Below are positions 1 to 10,692 of a DNA stretch of 64,000 nucleotides, one piece after another (within the stretch, counting starts at the first letter, position 1; the number at the start of each line of letters is the position of its first letter). Made by a program: the position numbers and the translations under genes. The notes beneath the pieces were generated by a model. It searched no databases. It was not told the DNA's origin and worked only from the letters and a program-made list of their open reading frames with translations. The DNA is from Nitrospirota bacterium. Its GTDB lineage: Bacteria; Nitrospirota; UBA9217. The stretch lies in assembly GCA_963663225.1 (NCBI GenBank), contig OY760142.1:2016001-2080000 (forward strand), in the 5' to 3' direction.

Positions 1-2
1 AT

Positions 3-1256
3 GGAACACCCATCATCGTATCCTGCACGGCGGCAATTCAGTATGATGCATTCGGCAGCAAGCGCTGGATTGATGGCGTCATGGAAGATATCACGGAGCA
101 TAAAAAGATTGAAGAAGAGATTGCCAAAACGTCCAAACTGGAATCGCTCGGCATCCTGGCCGGCGGCATTGCGCATGATTTTAACAATATTCTCACCGCA
201 ATTCTAGGCAATATTTCCCTGGCAAGGATGAAAACGGAGCAGGGGGGCGTTGTTTTCTCCTGTCTGGACAACGCAGAAAAGGCTTCAATACGGGCGCAAA
301 CCCTTACGCAGCAACTACTGACATTTTCGAGAGGTGGAGCGCCGGTTAAAAAAGCGTCGTCCATCAACGATCTTCTCCGTGATTCCGCAAATTTTGTCAT
401 AACCGGTTCCAATATCCGGTGCGATTTTCATATTCCTGATGATCTTCCGGCCATCGAGATTGATGAAGGTCAGATCAGCCGGGTTATTCACAATCTCGTT
501 ATCAATGCGCAGCAGTCCATGCCGCAGGGTGGTGTGATTCACATACAGGCTGAGCGTATTGCAATCACCAGTACATCTGACAACCCTCACGGGCTTCCGC
601 TACAAGATGGAAACTACGTAAAAATAAGCATTCAGGACCAGGGGATTGGAATACCGGAAGAATATTTGGGAAAAATTTTCGACCCCTATTTTACCACAAA
701 GGAGAAAGGCTCCGGACTCGGACTGACCACAAGTTATTCCATCATGAAAAGGCACGGTGGACATATCGCCCTGCAGTCAACAGTCGGCACCGGGACGACG
801 TTTTTTCTTTATTTGCCTGCATTGCACGAGGGTGCGGTGACAAAAAAGAAGGAACAGCGATCCCAGACAAAAGGACACGGGAAAATACTGCTGATGGACG
901 ACGAGGAAATTATCAGAGACGTCGGCGGAGGGATGCTGCGGTACCTGGGATACGACGTTACCGTTGCTAAAAATGGTGCGGAAGCAATTTTTCTGGCAAC
1001 CGATGCGATGAAACGCGGTGAGAGTTATGACGCAATTATCATGGATTTAACCATCCCCGGTGGCATGGGCGGAAAGGAGGCTGCATCCCGATTGCAAGCG
1101 CTGGATTGTTCGTCGAAGATAATTGCCTCGAGCGGTTATTCCAACGATCCGGTATTGTCAGAATATAAGAAGTACGGTTTCTGCGCGATTGCACCAAAGC
1201 CATATGGCATTGAGGAATTAAGAAATATCCTGCATCAGGTCATTACAAAGAATTAG
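3..1256 (+). CDS. Hybrid PAS/PAC sensor histidine kinase-receiver (5' truncated by window)
   Basis: Frame is open from nt 3 (GTPIIVSCTA...WIDGVMEDITEHK, a PAC motif). H-box GGIAHDFNNIL, N-box NLVINA, DQGIGI, FDPYFTTK, GSGLGL, and a C-terminal receiver (LLMDDE, IMDLTIP, KPY). Confidence 0.93.
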   Translation, partial: GTPIIVSCTAAIQYDAFGSKRWIDGVMEDITEHKKIEEEIAKTSKLESLGILAGGIAHDFNNILTAILGNISLARMKTEQGGVVFSCLDNAEKASIRAQTLTQQLLTFSRGGAPVKKASSINDLLRDSANFVITGSNIRCDFHIPDDLPAIEIDEGQISRVIHNLVINAQQSMPQGGVIHIQAERIAITSTSDNPHGLPLQDGNYVKISIQDQGIGIPEEYLGKIFDPYFTTKEKGSGLGLTTSYSIMKRHGGHIALQSTVGTGTTFFLYLPALHEGAVTKKKEQRSQTKGHGKILLMDDEEIIRDVGGGMLRYLGYDVTVAKNGAEAIFLATDAMKRGESYDAIIMDLTIPGGMGGKEAASRLQALDCSSKIIASSGYSNDPVLSEYKKYGFCAIAPKPYGIEELRNILHQVITKN

Positions 1257-1330
1257 AATTGCAGAATACGCAGAGAGTTCGGAACGTCTCCTGAAGCCGA
1301 AAGGGATGAAAAAATTGCCGGGAAAAATAA

Positions 1331-2008
1331 TTATGATTTTCCCGCTGTGCAGAGTTCTTCTTTTTTGAGCTGAAGCGGCGCGACGTCTTGCTTCCAGATG
1401 TCAATTGTCTCGGTGATATGCTGCCACATCCAAGTCCTTGCTCTTTCCGGTTCCTGTTTCCGGATGGCTTTAAAAATTTCCCAGTGTCGCACTGCTGAAC
1501 GATCGACAATGGTCGGAATTCTGTTGACGATAAAAAGCTGATATTGCAGCAGATTCCTTATATTGCTCAAAGTTTTAAAAAGAATGCGGTTTCCTGCAGC
1601 CTTCGCTATCGCATAATGAAATTCCACATCTTTTTCACTAAATGATTCTATATCACCTTCCGCGACACTCCGGTCCATGTCTTTTAACAGTGATTCAATT
1701 TCAGAAAGAGTTTCTGCCGTGCAATTTTGAGCGGCCATCATGGCGAAGTAGGATTCTAAAGTCCTTCTTGCTTCCAGAAGCTCCTCTATAATCGGTGCGC
1801 CATGCGTTGCGAACACGCCTTTTCCATGACAAATTTCCAGTATGCCGAGGGTTGCGAGATTTTGCACCGCCTCGCGCACAGAAAGAACACTCGTTCCGCT
1901 CTTTTTTGCCAGATTCTCCAGAGAGGGCAGCTTATCCCCGGGCTTGATTTCACCCGTAACAAATGCATCAAGAAGATTCTTAATTACGATGTCTCCAGCC
2001 TTAATCAT
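1331..2008 (-). CDS. GntR/FadR-family transcriptional regulator (FCD domain)
   Basis: N-terminal wHTH (KPGDKLPS...VREA...HGKGVF); FCD motifs ELLEARRTLE, DVEFHYAIA, GNRIL, HWEIFKAI. Confidence 0.92.
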   Translation of the reverse strand: MIKAGDIVIKNLLDAFVTGEIKPGDKLPSLENLAKKSGTSVLSVREAVQNLATLGILEICHGKGVFATHGAPIIEELLEARRTLESYFAMMAAQNCTAETLSEIESLLKDMDRSVAEGDIESFSEKDVEFHYAIAKAAGNRILFKTLSNIRNLLQYQLFIVNRIPTIVDRSAVRHWEIFKAIRKQEPERARTWMWQHITETIDIWKQDVAPLQLKKEELCTAGKS

Positions 2009-2113
2009 TGCTCTACTATAATTTTCTCGGCTTAAGACGTCAAGTTTTTTTTATATCAGAACCGTGCTTTTTATTATCCCGGGTTGCTTTCACATCAACA
2101 CGACCGAGTTGCA

Positions 2114-3817
2114 TTAGACTTTAAAGTGGTCGACGGTGCTTTTGAGCTGTCCGGCGAGTCGTGCAAGTTCGGACGAGGCCTGGGCAATCTGCTCGGACCC
2201 TCCGGATATCTGTTTGGCGCCGTTCGCCACAGCCTGAATGTCACCCGAAATCATCTCCGAAGTCGCCGACATCTCTTCCGTGGACGACGCAATCTGCTGC
2301 ACCATGTTCTGGAGCGTATTTACGCTCGTAACAATCGATTCGAGCTGCGTACCGGCCTCCGTAGAAAACTTCAGACCGACCTCCACCTTTTCATTGGTGG
2401 TCGCCATGGTCGCAACCGTGGAATCGACTTCTCCCTGGATCGCCCCGATCATCTGGCTGATTTCCGACGTGGCATTGGCGGTGCGCTCCGCAAGCTTCCT
2501 GACTTCATCGGCAACAACGGCAAACCCGCGGCCCTGCTCTCCGGCACGGGCAGCCTCAATGGCAGCATTCAGGGCAAGCAGGTTGGTCTGATCGGCTATA
2601 TCATTGATAACACTGACGATTTTACCGATCTGCTTGGAGCGGTCGCCCAAAGTCTGCACCACCGCAGTGGATTTAGCCACGGTTTCCGAAATGGCCTTTG
2701 TCTCCTCAACCGACTGGCCCACAATGTTTGCGCCTTTCTTTGCAATTCCGGAGGTATTGGCTGCTGACGTGGAAATCTCCGAAGAGTTTTTCGCAACATC
2801 CACAATCGTCTGGGACATTTCCTCGGCTGAAGTGGCAATCTGGGTCGCCCGGTTGCTCTGGTCGCGCATGGTCTTGGTGATTTCTTCGGCGTTCGCACTC
2901 AGTTCTTCGCTTCCTGATGCCACGCTGGCTGAAGCGGTCTTGATCTCTCCTACCAGATTCTTGAGGCTTTCGGTCATGCGCTGCATCTGTGCATACACGC
3001 CGGTATGCACCTTTCCATTGTCAAATCGCACCGTCAGGTCTCCGTCGGCGATTTTACCGGCAATGTTCGCAAGCTCATCCGGCTCCCCGCCAAGCTGCGC
3101 CATGGTCTTTCTGAAGGTCATCGACGCCGCGCCGACCGCCACCAGTGCGGCAATCAGGGCGGAAAGAAGGAGAACAGTAATTACTCTTCTGGTATCGGCA
3201 GCCTGTTTCTTCTCCTCTTTCGCGATAATGGCTTCCAGGTCATCCACGTAATTGCCGGTGCCCACAACCCATCCCCAGGGCTTGAATTCAAGGGTGTAAC
3301 CGCGCTTTAAAATCGGGATGTCGCTCCCCATCTTGGTGAAATAATAGTCAATGAATCCACCACCTTCTTTTCTGCCGCTCTCTATGAATTCCTTCACAAA
3401 GTATTTTCCCTTTTTATCCTGCAGGTTGATCCTGCTCTTCCCCTCAAAATCCTTTTTGCCGAGCAGAACCACGTTCACGCCTTCAATCGTGTCAGCCCAG
3501 AAATACCCTTCCTTCCCGAACCGGAGCCCCCGCAGCACATTCGCGGCAAGGGTTTTGGCCTGCTCCGCTTTCAGCTCACCCTTTTCCTGGCGATCATGAA
3601 TGTTCTGGAGCATCGAAACCGCGGTTTCAACCTCCGATTTGGCAAGAGCGTCGTAGTCGGCAAACAGGTTCTTTCTCAGTTCCGCGATGCTGTCCTTCGC
3701 TCCCGAATAGCTCTGATAGGCTGCTATGCAGCAGAGCAGTACGGCCACCAGCACGCAGCTTAAGATGGTGGTGAAGGCCAGCCTCTTAGCAAAGGTCATT
3801 TTCCCAATTTTATTCAT
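2114..3817 (-). CDS. Methyl-accepting chemotaxis protein with single Cache sensor
   Basis: Two TM segments flank a Cache-type region (GYFWAD...[13 protein letters not shown]). HAMP domain, then signalling hairpin [40 protein letters not shown]. Confidence 0.96.
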   Translation of the reverse strand: MNKIGKMTFAKRLAFTTILSCVLVAVLLCCIAAYQSYSGAKDSIAELRKNLFADYDALAKSEVETAVSMLQNIHDRQEKGELKAEQAKTLAANVLRGLRFGKEGYFWADTIEGVNVVLLGKKDFEGKSRINLQDKKGKYFVKEFIESGRKEGGGFIDYYFTKMGSDIPILKRGYTLEFKPWGWVVGTGNYVDDLEAIIAKEEKKQAADTRRVITVLLLSALIAALVAVGAASMTFRKTMAQLGGEPDELANIAGKIADGDLTVRFDNGKVHTGVYAQMQRMTESLKNLVGEIKTASASVASGSEELSANAEEITKTMRDQSNRATQIATSAEEMSQTIVDVAKNSSEISTSAANTSGIAKKGANIVGQSVEETKAISETVAKSTAVVQTLGDRSKQIGKIVSVINDIADQTNLLALNAAIEAARAGEQGRGFAVVADEVRKLAERTANATSEISQMIGAIQGEVDSTVATMATTNEKVEVGLKFSTEAGTQLESIVTSVNTLQNMVQQIASSTEEMSATSEMISGDIQAVANGAKQISGGSEQIAQASSELARLAGQLKSTVDHFKV

Positions 3818-3949
3818 TATACACTCCTCACTTTTTTTACGGCGCCGGAAGGGGGGCCGGAATTTTTCTCGTGGTGATAACAGCGCAACTATTTGTTATC
3901 TTGTGCATTATTTAATGCATACTCAGCACAACTCCGCTTCGTGATCATT

Positions 3950-3976
3950 TTATCGGCATTCCAACCGAAAACTTAA
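3950..3976 (-). promoter_or_regulatory. Sigma28 (FliA) promoter of the MCP gene
   Basis: Minus strand reads TTAAGTTT-N11-GCCGATAA (consensus TAAAGTTT-N11-GCCGATAA), about 130 bp upstream of the MCP start. Confidence 0.85.
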
Positions 3977-4330
3977 GGAATATTATGAATACAAATATGA
4001 CATGTATCAAAGCATGTTCCCTTTATGCTGTTTCGTCACGTGGCATATTGCCTTTGCTATGCATATCTGCGGAAGCTGCGGGGTTCGTAAAACAGGATTG
4101 TTCTCCGGCTGTTTAATCGGGCATGCAATTCATGCTTATATGCAGGATCGTTTTGCCTTGACGTTCTTTTGAGATTGCCCTATCATTATGTACATATTGC
4201 GATGACAAAAGGCAGTGCATATTCATAGAATTATTCAAAGCTTGTGCACGCCGAAACCGGTTGCAAGCCATATAAATGACATTGTTCAACCAGCCTTGGA
4301 TGTAGGTGCTAAGAACCTTCGGGAGGCTTC

Positions 4331-5089
4331 ATGAACGTCGTTTCCTTTAGCGGCACTGATCAGGGCAAAAGAAGAAGCAACAATGAAGATGCTTACCTGC
4401 AGAATGACGGGCTGCTTCTCTATGCTGTCGCAGACGGAATCGGCGGTAATGCAGGCGGCGAAGTGGCAAGCCGTATTGCCGTTGAAACGGTTGAAGAGAC
4501 GATAGCAAACATCCTTCGAAACGAGAGTACAGTTCCTCCATCGACCGCCATTAGTGATGCTGATCCACAGTTGTCCTTGTTGCAGCAAGTAATTACTCTA
4601 GCAAATCAGAAAATCCTCAGGAACAGTTTTCAGCATCCCGCCCTTTCAGGCATGGGGACGACGCTCACCGTTGCGTTCTTCAGAAGGAATCACCTCTTTA
4701 TCGCAAACATCGGCGACAGCCGGGCGTATCTCTTCCGGTCAGGGACGCTGAATCAGTTGACTGCGGATCACTCCTTTGTGGCGGAGCGTGTAGCGTCCGG
4801 TCTGCTGACACCTCAAGAGGCAAAACTGAGCCCGTATCGCCATGTGATCACGCGGGCGTTGGGAATAGACGACATGATTCGGGCCGATATTACGAAGCAT
4901 GCACTGCAGCGGGATGACCTGATTCTGCTTTGCACGGACGGACTGACGGAAATGCTTGAGGATTCAGAGATACAACATATTCTCTCTGCATCGCAGGATA
5001 CGGTTGTGCAAGAGCTGCTGGCTGCTGCGAATGATCGGGGCGGTGTGGACAATATCACAACAGTGGTTGTCAGAGTAAAAGAAGTTTGA
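4331..5089 (+). CDS. PP2C-type Ser/Thr protein phosphatase (Stp1/IreP family)
   Basis: Motifs RSNNEDA, VADGIGG, GMGTT, IGDSRAY, LTADHS, LCTDGL, GGVDNIT. Confidence 0.95.
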   Translation: MNVVSFSGTDQGKRRSNNEDAYLQNDGLLLYAVADGIGGNAGGEVASRIAVETVEETIANILRNESTVPPSTAISDADPQLSLLQQVITLANQKILRNSFQHPALSGMGTTLTVAFFRRNHLFIANIGDSRAYLFRSGTLNQLTADHSFVAERVASGLLTPQEAKLSPYRHVITRALGIDDMIRADITKHALQRDDLILLCTDGLTEMLEDSEIQHILSASQDTVVQELLAAANDRGGVDNITTVVVRVKEV

Positions 5090-5180
5090 TGTCTTGTGCA
5101 GATAATGCATGAAAGCGGTATTTTCTATTTCATAAGCCGCAGTCCGGCACATTTCCTGTGGCCGATTGCTGCTTTTTGAC

Positions 5181-6470
5181 CTACCGCTCTCGTATCATCT
5201 CTGCAACGCATTCGATATGATAGGTATAGGGAAACATGTCAACAGGCTGAAGACGGTTGAGCCTGAAACCGAAAAGATGGAAGTATTTTAGATCGCGCGC
5301 GAGCGTGGATGGATTGCACGATACATAGATGATCTTTTGCGGCACAAACGCAAGGATGCGTTCGAGCGTTTTTAGCGTTGCACCGGCACGGGGCGGGTCA
5401 AGCACGATGACATCAGTCTTCATTTTCCTCTGGAGCAGCATTTTAAGCCCTTTTTGCATATCGTCAGCGATGAACTCAGTATTTTTAAGACCGTTTAATT
5501 CGGCGTTTGCGGCAGCATCCTCTATAGCGGAGTAGCCTGATTCAATGCCGATTACGGACCCGGCCTTTTGGGCGATTGGCAGCGCGAAATTCCCGATGCC
5601 GCAATAGAGATCGAGCACCGTTTCGCTTCCGGACAGCGCGGCGAACTCCATGACCGTCCGGACCATATTGATGTTCTGTTCCCAGTTGACCTGAAAAAAG
5701 TTCCCTTCCGTGGCGTGAAACGTCAGTCCTTCAAGTTCAAGCATAAGGCGGTTTTCACCGTGCACAAACGCTTTTTTCTTCCGGGCAAAGCCGGTTATGC
5801 CGATCACTTGGGGCGCTATCTTGACAAGATCGGCAAAGAATGCTTCAGGAAGTGAAAAAGACTCTTCGTCGCTGAACAAAAGAATGTGAACCTTTTCTTC
5901 AGGTGTTGCATTAATATGGATTTCCCTGAGCGCTGGAAGTTGAAACGACAGAGATCGGACGGCATCCAGGGTTTTATTAATAATCGGATGGATGAGAAAG
6001 GCGTTTTTGACTTCGATCAGATTGTATGTTCCCTGCCGGAAAAAACCGATCTGCTGTTTTCCATCCACGGTTCGTACGTTGAACTGGGTGCGCAGACGGT
6101 AGTGTTCGGTGCGTGGTGAGGGGAGAATGGAACGTGGCTGCCTCGGCTCCATGCCCCCGATTCTCTTGAGGCTGTCCAGGAGGATGTTCTGTTTAAACTG
6201 CAGCTGGGCGGGATATGCGATATGCGGCCAGGTCGCACCGGTGTACCGTTCTTCTGCTGTATGCGGTTGTAAGATCCTGTCTTTCGACGGAGTGAGAACG
6301 TTCAGGAGGTCCGCCTCAAAGATCCCTTTTCTTTTTCTGCGGACGGCAATAGTTACGCGCTCGCCCGGCAGAACGCCCGGGACAAAAACCGCTTGGCCTG
6401 TTTGGAGACGACCCAAACCGCTGCCGCCATACACAAGCTTCTCAATAAGGATTTCCGCCTGTTCGTTCAT
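5181..6470 (-). CDS. rlmD: 23S rRNA (uracil-C5)-methyltransferase RlmD/RumA, TRAM domain, lacking the Fe-S cysteines
   Basis: TRAM N-terminus; FFQVN, DLYCGIGNF, DPPRAG, YVSCNPSTLARD, DMFPYTYHIE. Confidence 0.9.
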   Translation of the reverse strand: MNEQAEILIEKLVYGGSGLGRLQTGQAVFVPGVLPGERVTIAVRRKRKGIFEADLLNVLTPSKDRILQPHTAEERYTGATWPHIAYPAQLQFKQNILLDSLKRIGGMEPRQPRSILPSPRTEHYRLRTQFNVRTVDGKQQIGFFRQGTYNLIEVKNAFLIHPIINKTLDAVRSLSFQLPALREIHINATPEEKVHILLFSDEESFSLPEAFFADLVKIAPQVIGITGFARKKKAFVHGENRLMLELEGLTFHATEGNFFQVNWEQNINMVRTVMEFAALSGSETVLDLYCGIGNFALPIAQKAGSVIGIESGYSAIEDAAANAELNGLKNTEFIADDMQKGLKMLLQRKMKTDVIVLDPPRAGATLKTLERILAFVPQKIIYVSCNPSTLARDLKYFHLFGFRLNRLQPVDMFPYTYHIECVAEMIRER

Positions 6471-6817
6471 TTGAGCAGCTTCTGCACCGTCTCGCGAAGT
6501 TGCGTTGTATCGGCGGATTTCACAATATAGGCGTCTGAACTCCAGCTGCCGAAGTCCTGTTTATATTCTTCATACGCAGTGCAGATAATGATGGGAAGGT
6601 TGGGGTCCTTTTCCTTCATCCTGCGCAGCGTTTCAATGCCGTCCATGTCAGGCATGCGCATGTCAAGCGTGACGATGTCAAACTTTTCGGATGCCATTTT
6701 TTCGAGCGCCTGGGCGCCGTTCGAGACGGTTGTTACGGCGAGGCCCATTTCTTCAAATTCCACTTTGTAGAGTTCTCTGATGTTTTCTTCGTCATCGATA
6801 ACAAGAATTTTTTTCAT
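6467..6817 (-). CDS. Single-domain response regulator
   Basis: ILVIDDE, TLDMRMPDMDG, ICTAY; overlaps the rlmD start by 4 nt. Confidence 0.93.
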   Translation of the reverse strand: MKKILVIDDEENIRELYKVEFEEMGLAVTTVSNGAQALEKMASEKFDIVTLDMRMPDMDGIETLRRMKEKDPNLPIIICTAYEEYKQDFGSWSSDAYIVKSADTTQLRETVQKLLK

Positions 6818-6848
6818 GGTCCCTCCTTGGGTCTCATCGCAATGGATA

Positions 6849-9233
6849 TTACGCTTTTTGCTGCACAGAACACGGCAACTTGAATGTAAAGACCGCTCCC
6901 CCTGGTTCGTTGTTGCGCATTTCGATCCGCCCTTTATGGGCTTTTATAATTCTGTTCGTGATCGGCAGGCCGAGCCCCGTGCCGCGGGGTTTCGTGGAAT
7001 AGTATGGATTAAAAATATTATGCATGACTTTTGCGGAAATCCCGGGCCCGGTATCCGCAATTTCGATGGCGGCTTCTCCGGTTTCCTGCACGAAGAAGGT
7101 TTTAACGGAAAGCGTGCCGCCATGCTCCATGGCTTCTATCGCATTTTTTATGACATTGATCAGCGCCTGTTTCATCTGCTGAGTGTCTATCGTCAGACAG
7201 GGCAGCGAAAAGGAAAGATCGTGGATGACGTGGATACGGCGTTGCGCAAATTCCAGTTCGTACAACATGAGAATGTCACGGATAATATCGTTGATGTTTG
7301 CTTCGGATGACTGGAGGGATGCTTCCTTGATATAGGACAGATTATCGTGAATGATCCCTTCAAGACGAGCTACTTCACTGAGAATAATATCGATATATTT
7401 TTTATCTTCGCCCTGTTGCAGCTTTTGGGCAAGTCGTCTGGTAAATCCGCCGATGGAAACAAGAGGATTTCTGATCTCATGCGTAATTTCTGCGATCATG
7501 GCGCCGAGGGCCGCCATTTTTTCAGACTGGACGAGTTGCTCGTGCAGGGTCCGCATATCTTTATTCATCGTTTCGAGATTGGTGTGAATAATGGCATTTT
7601 CGATGGCAAGTGCCGCCTGATGAGCAAACAAGGTGAAAAAGCGGATGTCACCGTCGGTGATGGGGCGCCTGTTAAACATATTGTCCACCAGCATGACGCC
7701 GATGACCCTGTCTTTTGCCACGAGTGGAACGGTTGCAAAACTTTCCGCCTGGAGCGTTTCTCTGAGTTCTTTTGGTACGATGGGATTTGAACCCGCATCA
7801 ACAATATTATACGGCCGTTTATTGAGCGTGGTAAGCGCCAGAACGCCTTCTTCAGGCGCCAGCGGAACGCGGATGCTTCTCGCCAGGGTGTTGAGCGCTG
7901 ATTCCCGGTGCTCGAAAAGTTCCCCAGTTTGAATCCATTCCAGAAGGTTTTTATGTTTGGTCGTTACTTCGCTCCAGTCGCGGCCAGCCTCTTCCCACGT
8001 TGTCGGCCCGATGCCCATCATCCCCTGAAGGGTGTTGGTGCGCTCGTTTGTGAGGAGCAGGAGCGCTCGATTGAAGCCAAGGCCGCTGCCGCCCATTGTG
8101 GCCGCGGTCAGAATAATTCTGAGAAGACGGTCCAGATTCAGCGTCGTGCTCATGGCCGTGCCGATATCGTAAAGGATGGAAAGCTCCTGTGCCCGGGTCC
8201 GGGCTTCGATGGCTAGGATTTCCATGCGTTCATACATGACGGCATTTTCGACTGCCGTGGCGGCTCCGGCTGCAACAGTGGTCAGAAATTGAAGGTCGGC
8301 TTCCTGAAAGGAACGTCCCTCCTGTTTGTGATAGAGCGTGATGACCCCGAGTACCTTGTCCCGGAACAAAAGCGGTACACTGATGACGGACAGTTCGTTT
8401 AAACCGGTTGTATCCGGCAATGAAACATCTTTGACCGCGTCCGGGATCAGAACAGATGTTTTTTCCCGCACGACCCGTTCAGCAACGGTGCTGCCTATTT
8501 TGGCGTCAAACATTGCTACAGCATCTCCAATAATGCTGTAGGATGAGAACATCTTATGCGGTGGTATTTCCGGAAGATTCACGAGTCTGATGGTGCAACC
8601 CTGGGCGCGGATCGATTCCGTACTGTTTTTTGCAACGAGAGAAAGTATCTGGTCAAGATCAAGAGTGGATGTGAGCGCCATGCTGATCCGGTAAATAGTG
8701 GCGAGTTCGGTCAAGCGGTCCTGCACATTTTGAAAAAGTTGCGTGCTTCTGATCACGCCTGCCAACTGGTTTGCCGTGGTGGTGAGAAGGGTGATGTCGG
8801 ATATGGCGGGGCTCCACGAAGGTGCAGAGAGCGCAAAAATAACCCCAAGGCAACGGTCTTCATCCAGAATCGGGGCAGCGGCAAGAGATTTAAATTTCTC
8901 AATTCCCGATATGGGAACATAGGAGAATCGGGTGTCGGAAAAAGGGTCTTCAAGGGCCAGAGGTACTCGCTGTTCCGCCACCCATCCCGCGATGCCGACG
9001 CCGATAGGGAATGTAATTTTACCCACGGCTTCCTGGTTCAGACCGGTTGCAGCCGCGAGCGTTAATGTTTTGCCCGTGCGGTCAACCAAAAATATGGAGG
9101 CGCCGTCCTTGTTCATTCCCTGCGCTACAACCTCGACAATCCGCTGGAGTTTCCTGGGAAGATCATCGGCAGAGTTCGATATCCGGCTTATATCGCTCAG
9201 GATGCTCAGTTCTATTTTTTCTATTGTTTCCAT
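6849..9233 (-). CDS. Cytoplasmic multi-GAF sensor histidine kinase
   Basis: Three GAF-like repeats ending in AxAxEN-type helices; HEIRNPL H-box, NAIEAM, DTGPGI, GTGLGL. Confidence 0.92.
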   Translation of the reverse strand: METIEKIELSILSDISRISNSADDLPRKLQRIVEVVAQGMNKDGASIFLVDRTGKTLTLAAATGLNQEAVGKITFPIGVGIAGWVAEQRVPLALEDPFSDTRFSYVPISGIEKFKSLAAAPILDEDRCLGVIFALSAPSWSPAISDITLLTTTANQLAGVIRSTQLFQNVQDRLTELATIYRISMALTSTLDLDQILSLVAKNSTESIRAQGCTIRLVNLPEIPPHKMFSSYSIIGDAVAMFDAKIGSTVAERVVREKTSVLIPDAVKDVSLPDTTGLNELSVISVPLLFRDKVLGVITLYHKQEGRSFQEADLQFLTTVAAGAATAVENAVMYERMEILAIEARTRAQELSILYDIGTAMSTTLNLDRLLRIILTAATMGGSGLGFNRALLLLTNERTNTLQGMMGIGPTTWEEAGRDWSEVTTKHKNLLEWIQTGELFEHRESALNTLARSIRVPLAPEEGVLALTTLNKRPYNIVDAGSNPIVPKELRETLQAESFATVPLVAKDRVIGVMLVDNMFNRRPITDGDIRFFTLFAHQAALAIENAIIHTNLETMNKDMRTLHEQLVQSEKMAALGAMIAEITHEIRNPLVSIGGFTRRLAQKLQQGEDKKYIDIILSEVARLEGIIHDNLSYIKEASLQSSEANINDIIRDILMLYELEFAQRRIHVIHDLSFSLPCLTIDTQQMKQALINVIKNAIEAMEHGGTLSVKTFFVQETGEAAIEIADTGPGISAKVMHNIFNPYYSTKPRGTGLGLPITNRIIKAHKGRIEMRNNEPGGAVFTFKLPCSVQQKA

Positions 9234-9243
9234 AGCAGGGATA

Positions 9244-10692
9244 TCAATCAGATTTTTTTAATGCTTTCCGGTATATTTTTACATACTCCCGGGCCGAGTG
9301 CTCCCAGGAAAAATCCTGCTTCATGCCGTTCTGCATCAGGCGTTTCCACGCTTTCCGTTCCTGATACAGGGTGTTGGCATGCTGAAGACAGCGCGCAAGA
9401 GCGGAGGCGGAATATTCTTCAAACAACAAGCCGGTCCCCAACCCTGTTTTTGGATTATATGCTGCAATGGTGTCTGCTAATCCGCCCGTTTTGCGGACAA
9501 TCGGAACGGTGCCGTAGCGCAGTGCGATCATTTGTCCGAGGCCGCACGGTTCATACCGGGACGGCATAAGGAACATGTCGCATCCTGCATAAATATTTTT
9601 TGCCATCTGGTCGTTGTACTGCAGTATGATTCGCATCCGGTTCTGGTAACGGCCGGCGGCCTCCGTCAGGAGGTCGTGATATTTTTTGTCACCGGTTCCG
9701 AGGATGGTCATTTGTATATCGAGCGTCATGATTTCCGGAAGAGCACCGACGAGAATATCAAGGCCCTTCTGATCAACGAGACGCGTGACCATGCCGAGAC
9801 TGGGGACATTGGATTCAGGAAGGCCGACTGCAGCTTGCAGCGTCTGCTTGCAATAGTGCTTTCCGGAAAGTCGTATCGGACTGAATGTTTTAGGAAGAGT
9901 ACGATCGTGAGCCGGATCATAAACAAGATAATCAATTCCGTTTATAATTCCGTAAAGATCCGCCGATCGCTTCGTCAGCACGCCTTCAAGCCCATAGCCG
10001 TATTCGGCTGTCTGAATTTCACGGCTATAGGTTTCACTGACCGTCGTGATAATGTCAGAATACACAAGGCCCGCCTTGAGGAAATTGATTTTATCCCAGA
10101 ATTCTATGCCCTCGTGAGTAAAGAGGTCCCATCCAAAACCGGTCAGGCGCAAGTCTTCTTTGGGGAAAAGTCCCTGATATCCCAGGTTGTGCACTGTGAA
10201 GATCGATTTTGCACGGCGCAATTCCTTGTTGTTCTGATAAATTTTTTTCAGGTAAAGCGGTGCGAGGGCGGTCTGCCAGTCATTGCAGTGAATGACGTGG
10301 GGGGTGAAGTTCAGATTGCGGCAGAGCTCCGGTATCGCGCGGGAAAAAAAGATGAATCGTTCGGCATTGTCCGGGTAATCGGCGTTTGTCGTGCCGTAGA
10401 GTTCCGGACGATCATAGAAAATATCCTTCCCGATAAAATAGACGATAACGTTTTTCCCAAGGGTTCCTTGAAAAACGTCGCAGCGCTCCTTCCACGCACC
10501 GAGCGGCACGGAAAATTCCGCAATATGCCGGAGCCCGAAGGCCGCAGGGTTTACCTGGCGGTAGCGCGGCATCACGACGCGAACATCGTGGCCGAGAGAT
10601 GCAAGCGCTATCGGAAGGCTTCCGGCAACATCAGCGAGGCCGCCGGTTTTAGCAAAAGGAGCAACTTCTGATGCGGCAAAAAGAATTTTCAT
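9244..10692 (-). CDS. glgA: Glycogen synthase
   Basis: MKILFAASEVAPFAKTGGLADV, HCNDWQT, HNLGYQG, PSRYEPCGLGQM. Start placed at the ATG overlapping the galT stop (ATGA). Confidence 0.96.
   Translation of the reverse strand: MKILFAASEVAPFAKTGGLADVAGSLPIALASLGHDVRVVMPRYRQVNPAAFGLRHIAEFSVPLGAWKERCDVFQGTLGKNVIVYFIGKDIFYDRPELYGTTNADYPDNAERFIFFSRAIPELCRNLNFTPHVIHCNDWQTALAPLYLKKIYQNNKELRRAKSIFTVHNLGYQGLFPKEDLRLTGFGWDLFTHEGIEFWDKINFLKAGLVYSDIITTVSETYSREIQTAEYGYGLEGVLTKRSADLYGIINGIDYLVYDPAHDRTLPKTFSPIRLSGKHYCKQTLQAAVGLPESNVPSLGMVTRLVDQKGLDILVGALPEIMTLDIQMTILGTGDKKYHDLLTEAAGRYQNRMRIILQYNDQMAKNIYAGCDMFLMPSRYEPCGLGQMIALRYGTVPIVRKTGGLADTIAAYNPKTGLGTGLLFEEYSASALARCLQHANTLYQERKAWKRLMQNGMKQDFSWEHSAREYVKIYRKALKKSD

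Noticed and set aside
4041-4058. TGGCAT...TTGCT as a sigma54 promoter for the PP2C gene
   Set aside because: GG-to-GC spacing is 12 nt, not the required 10.
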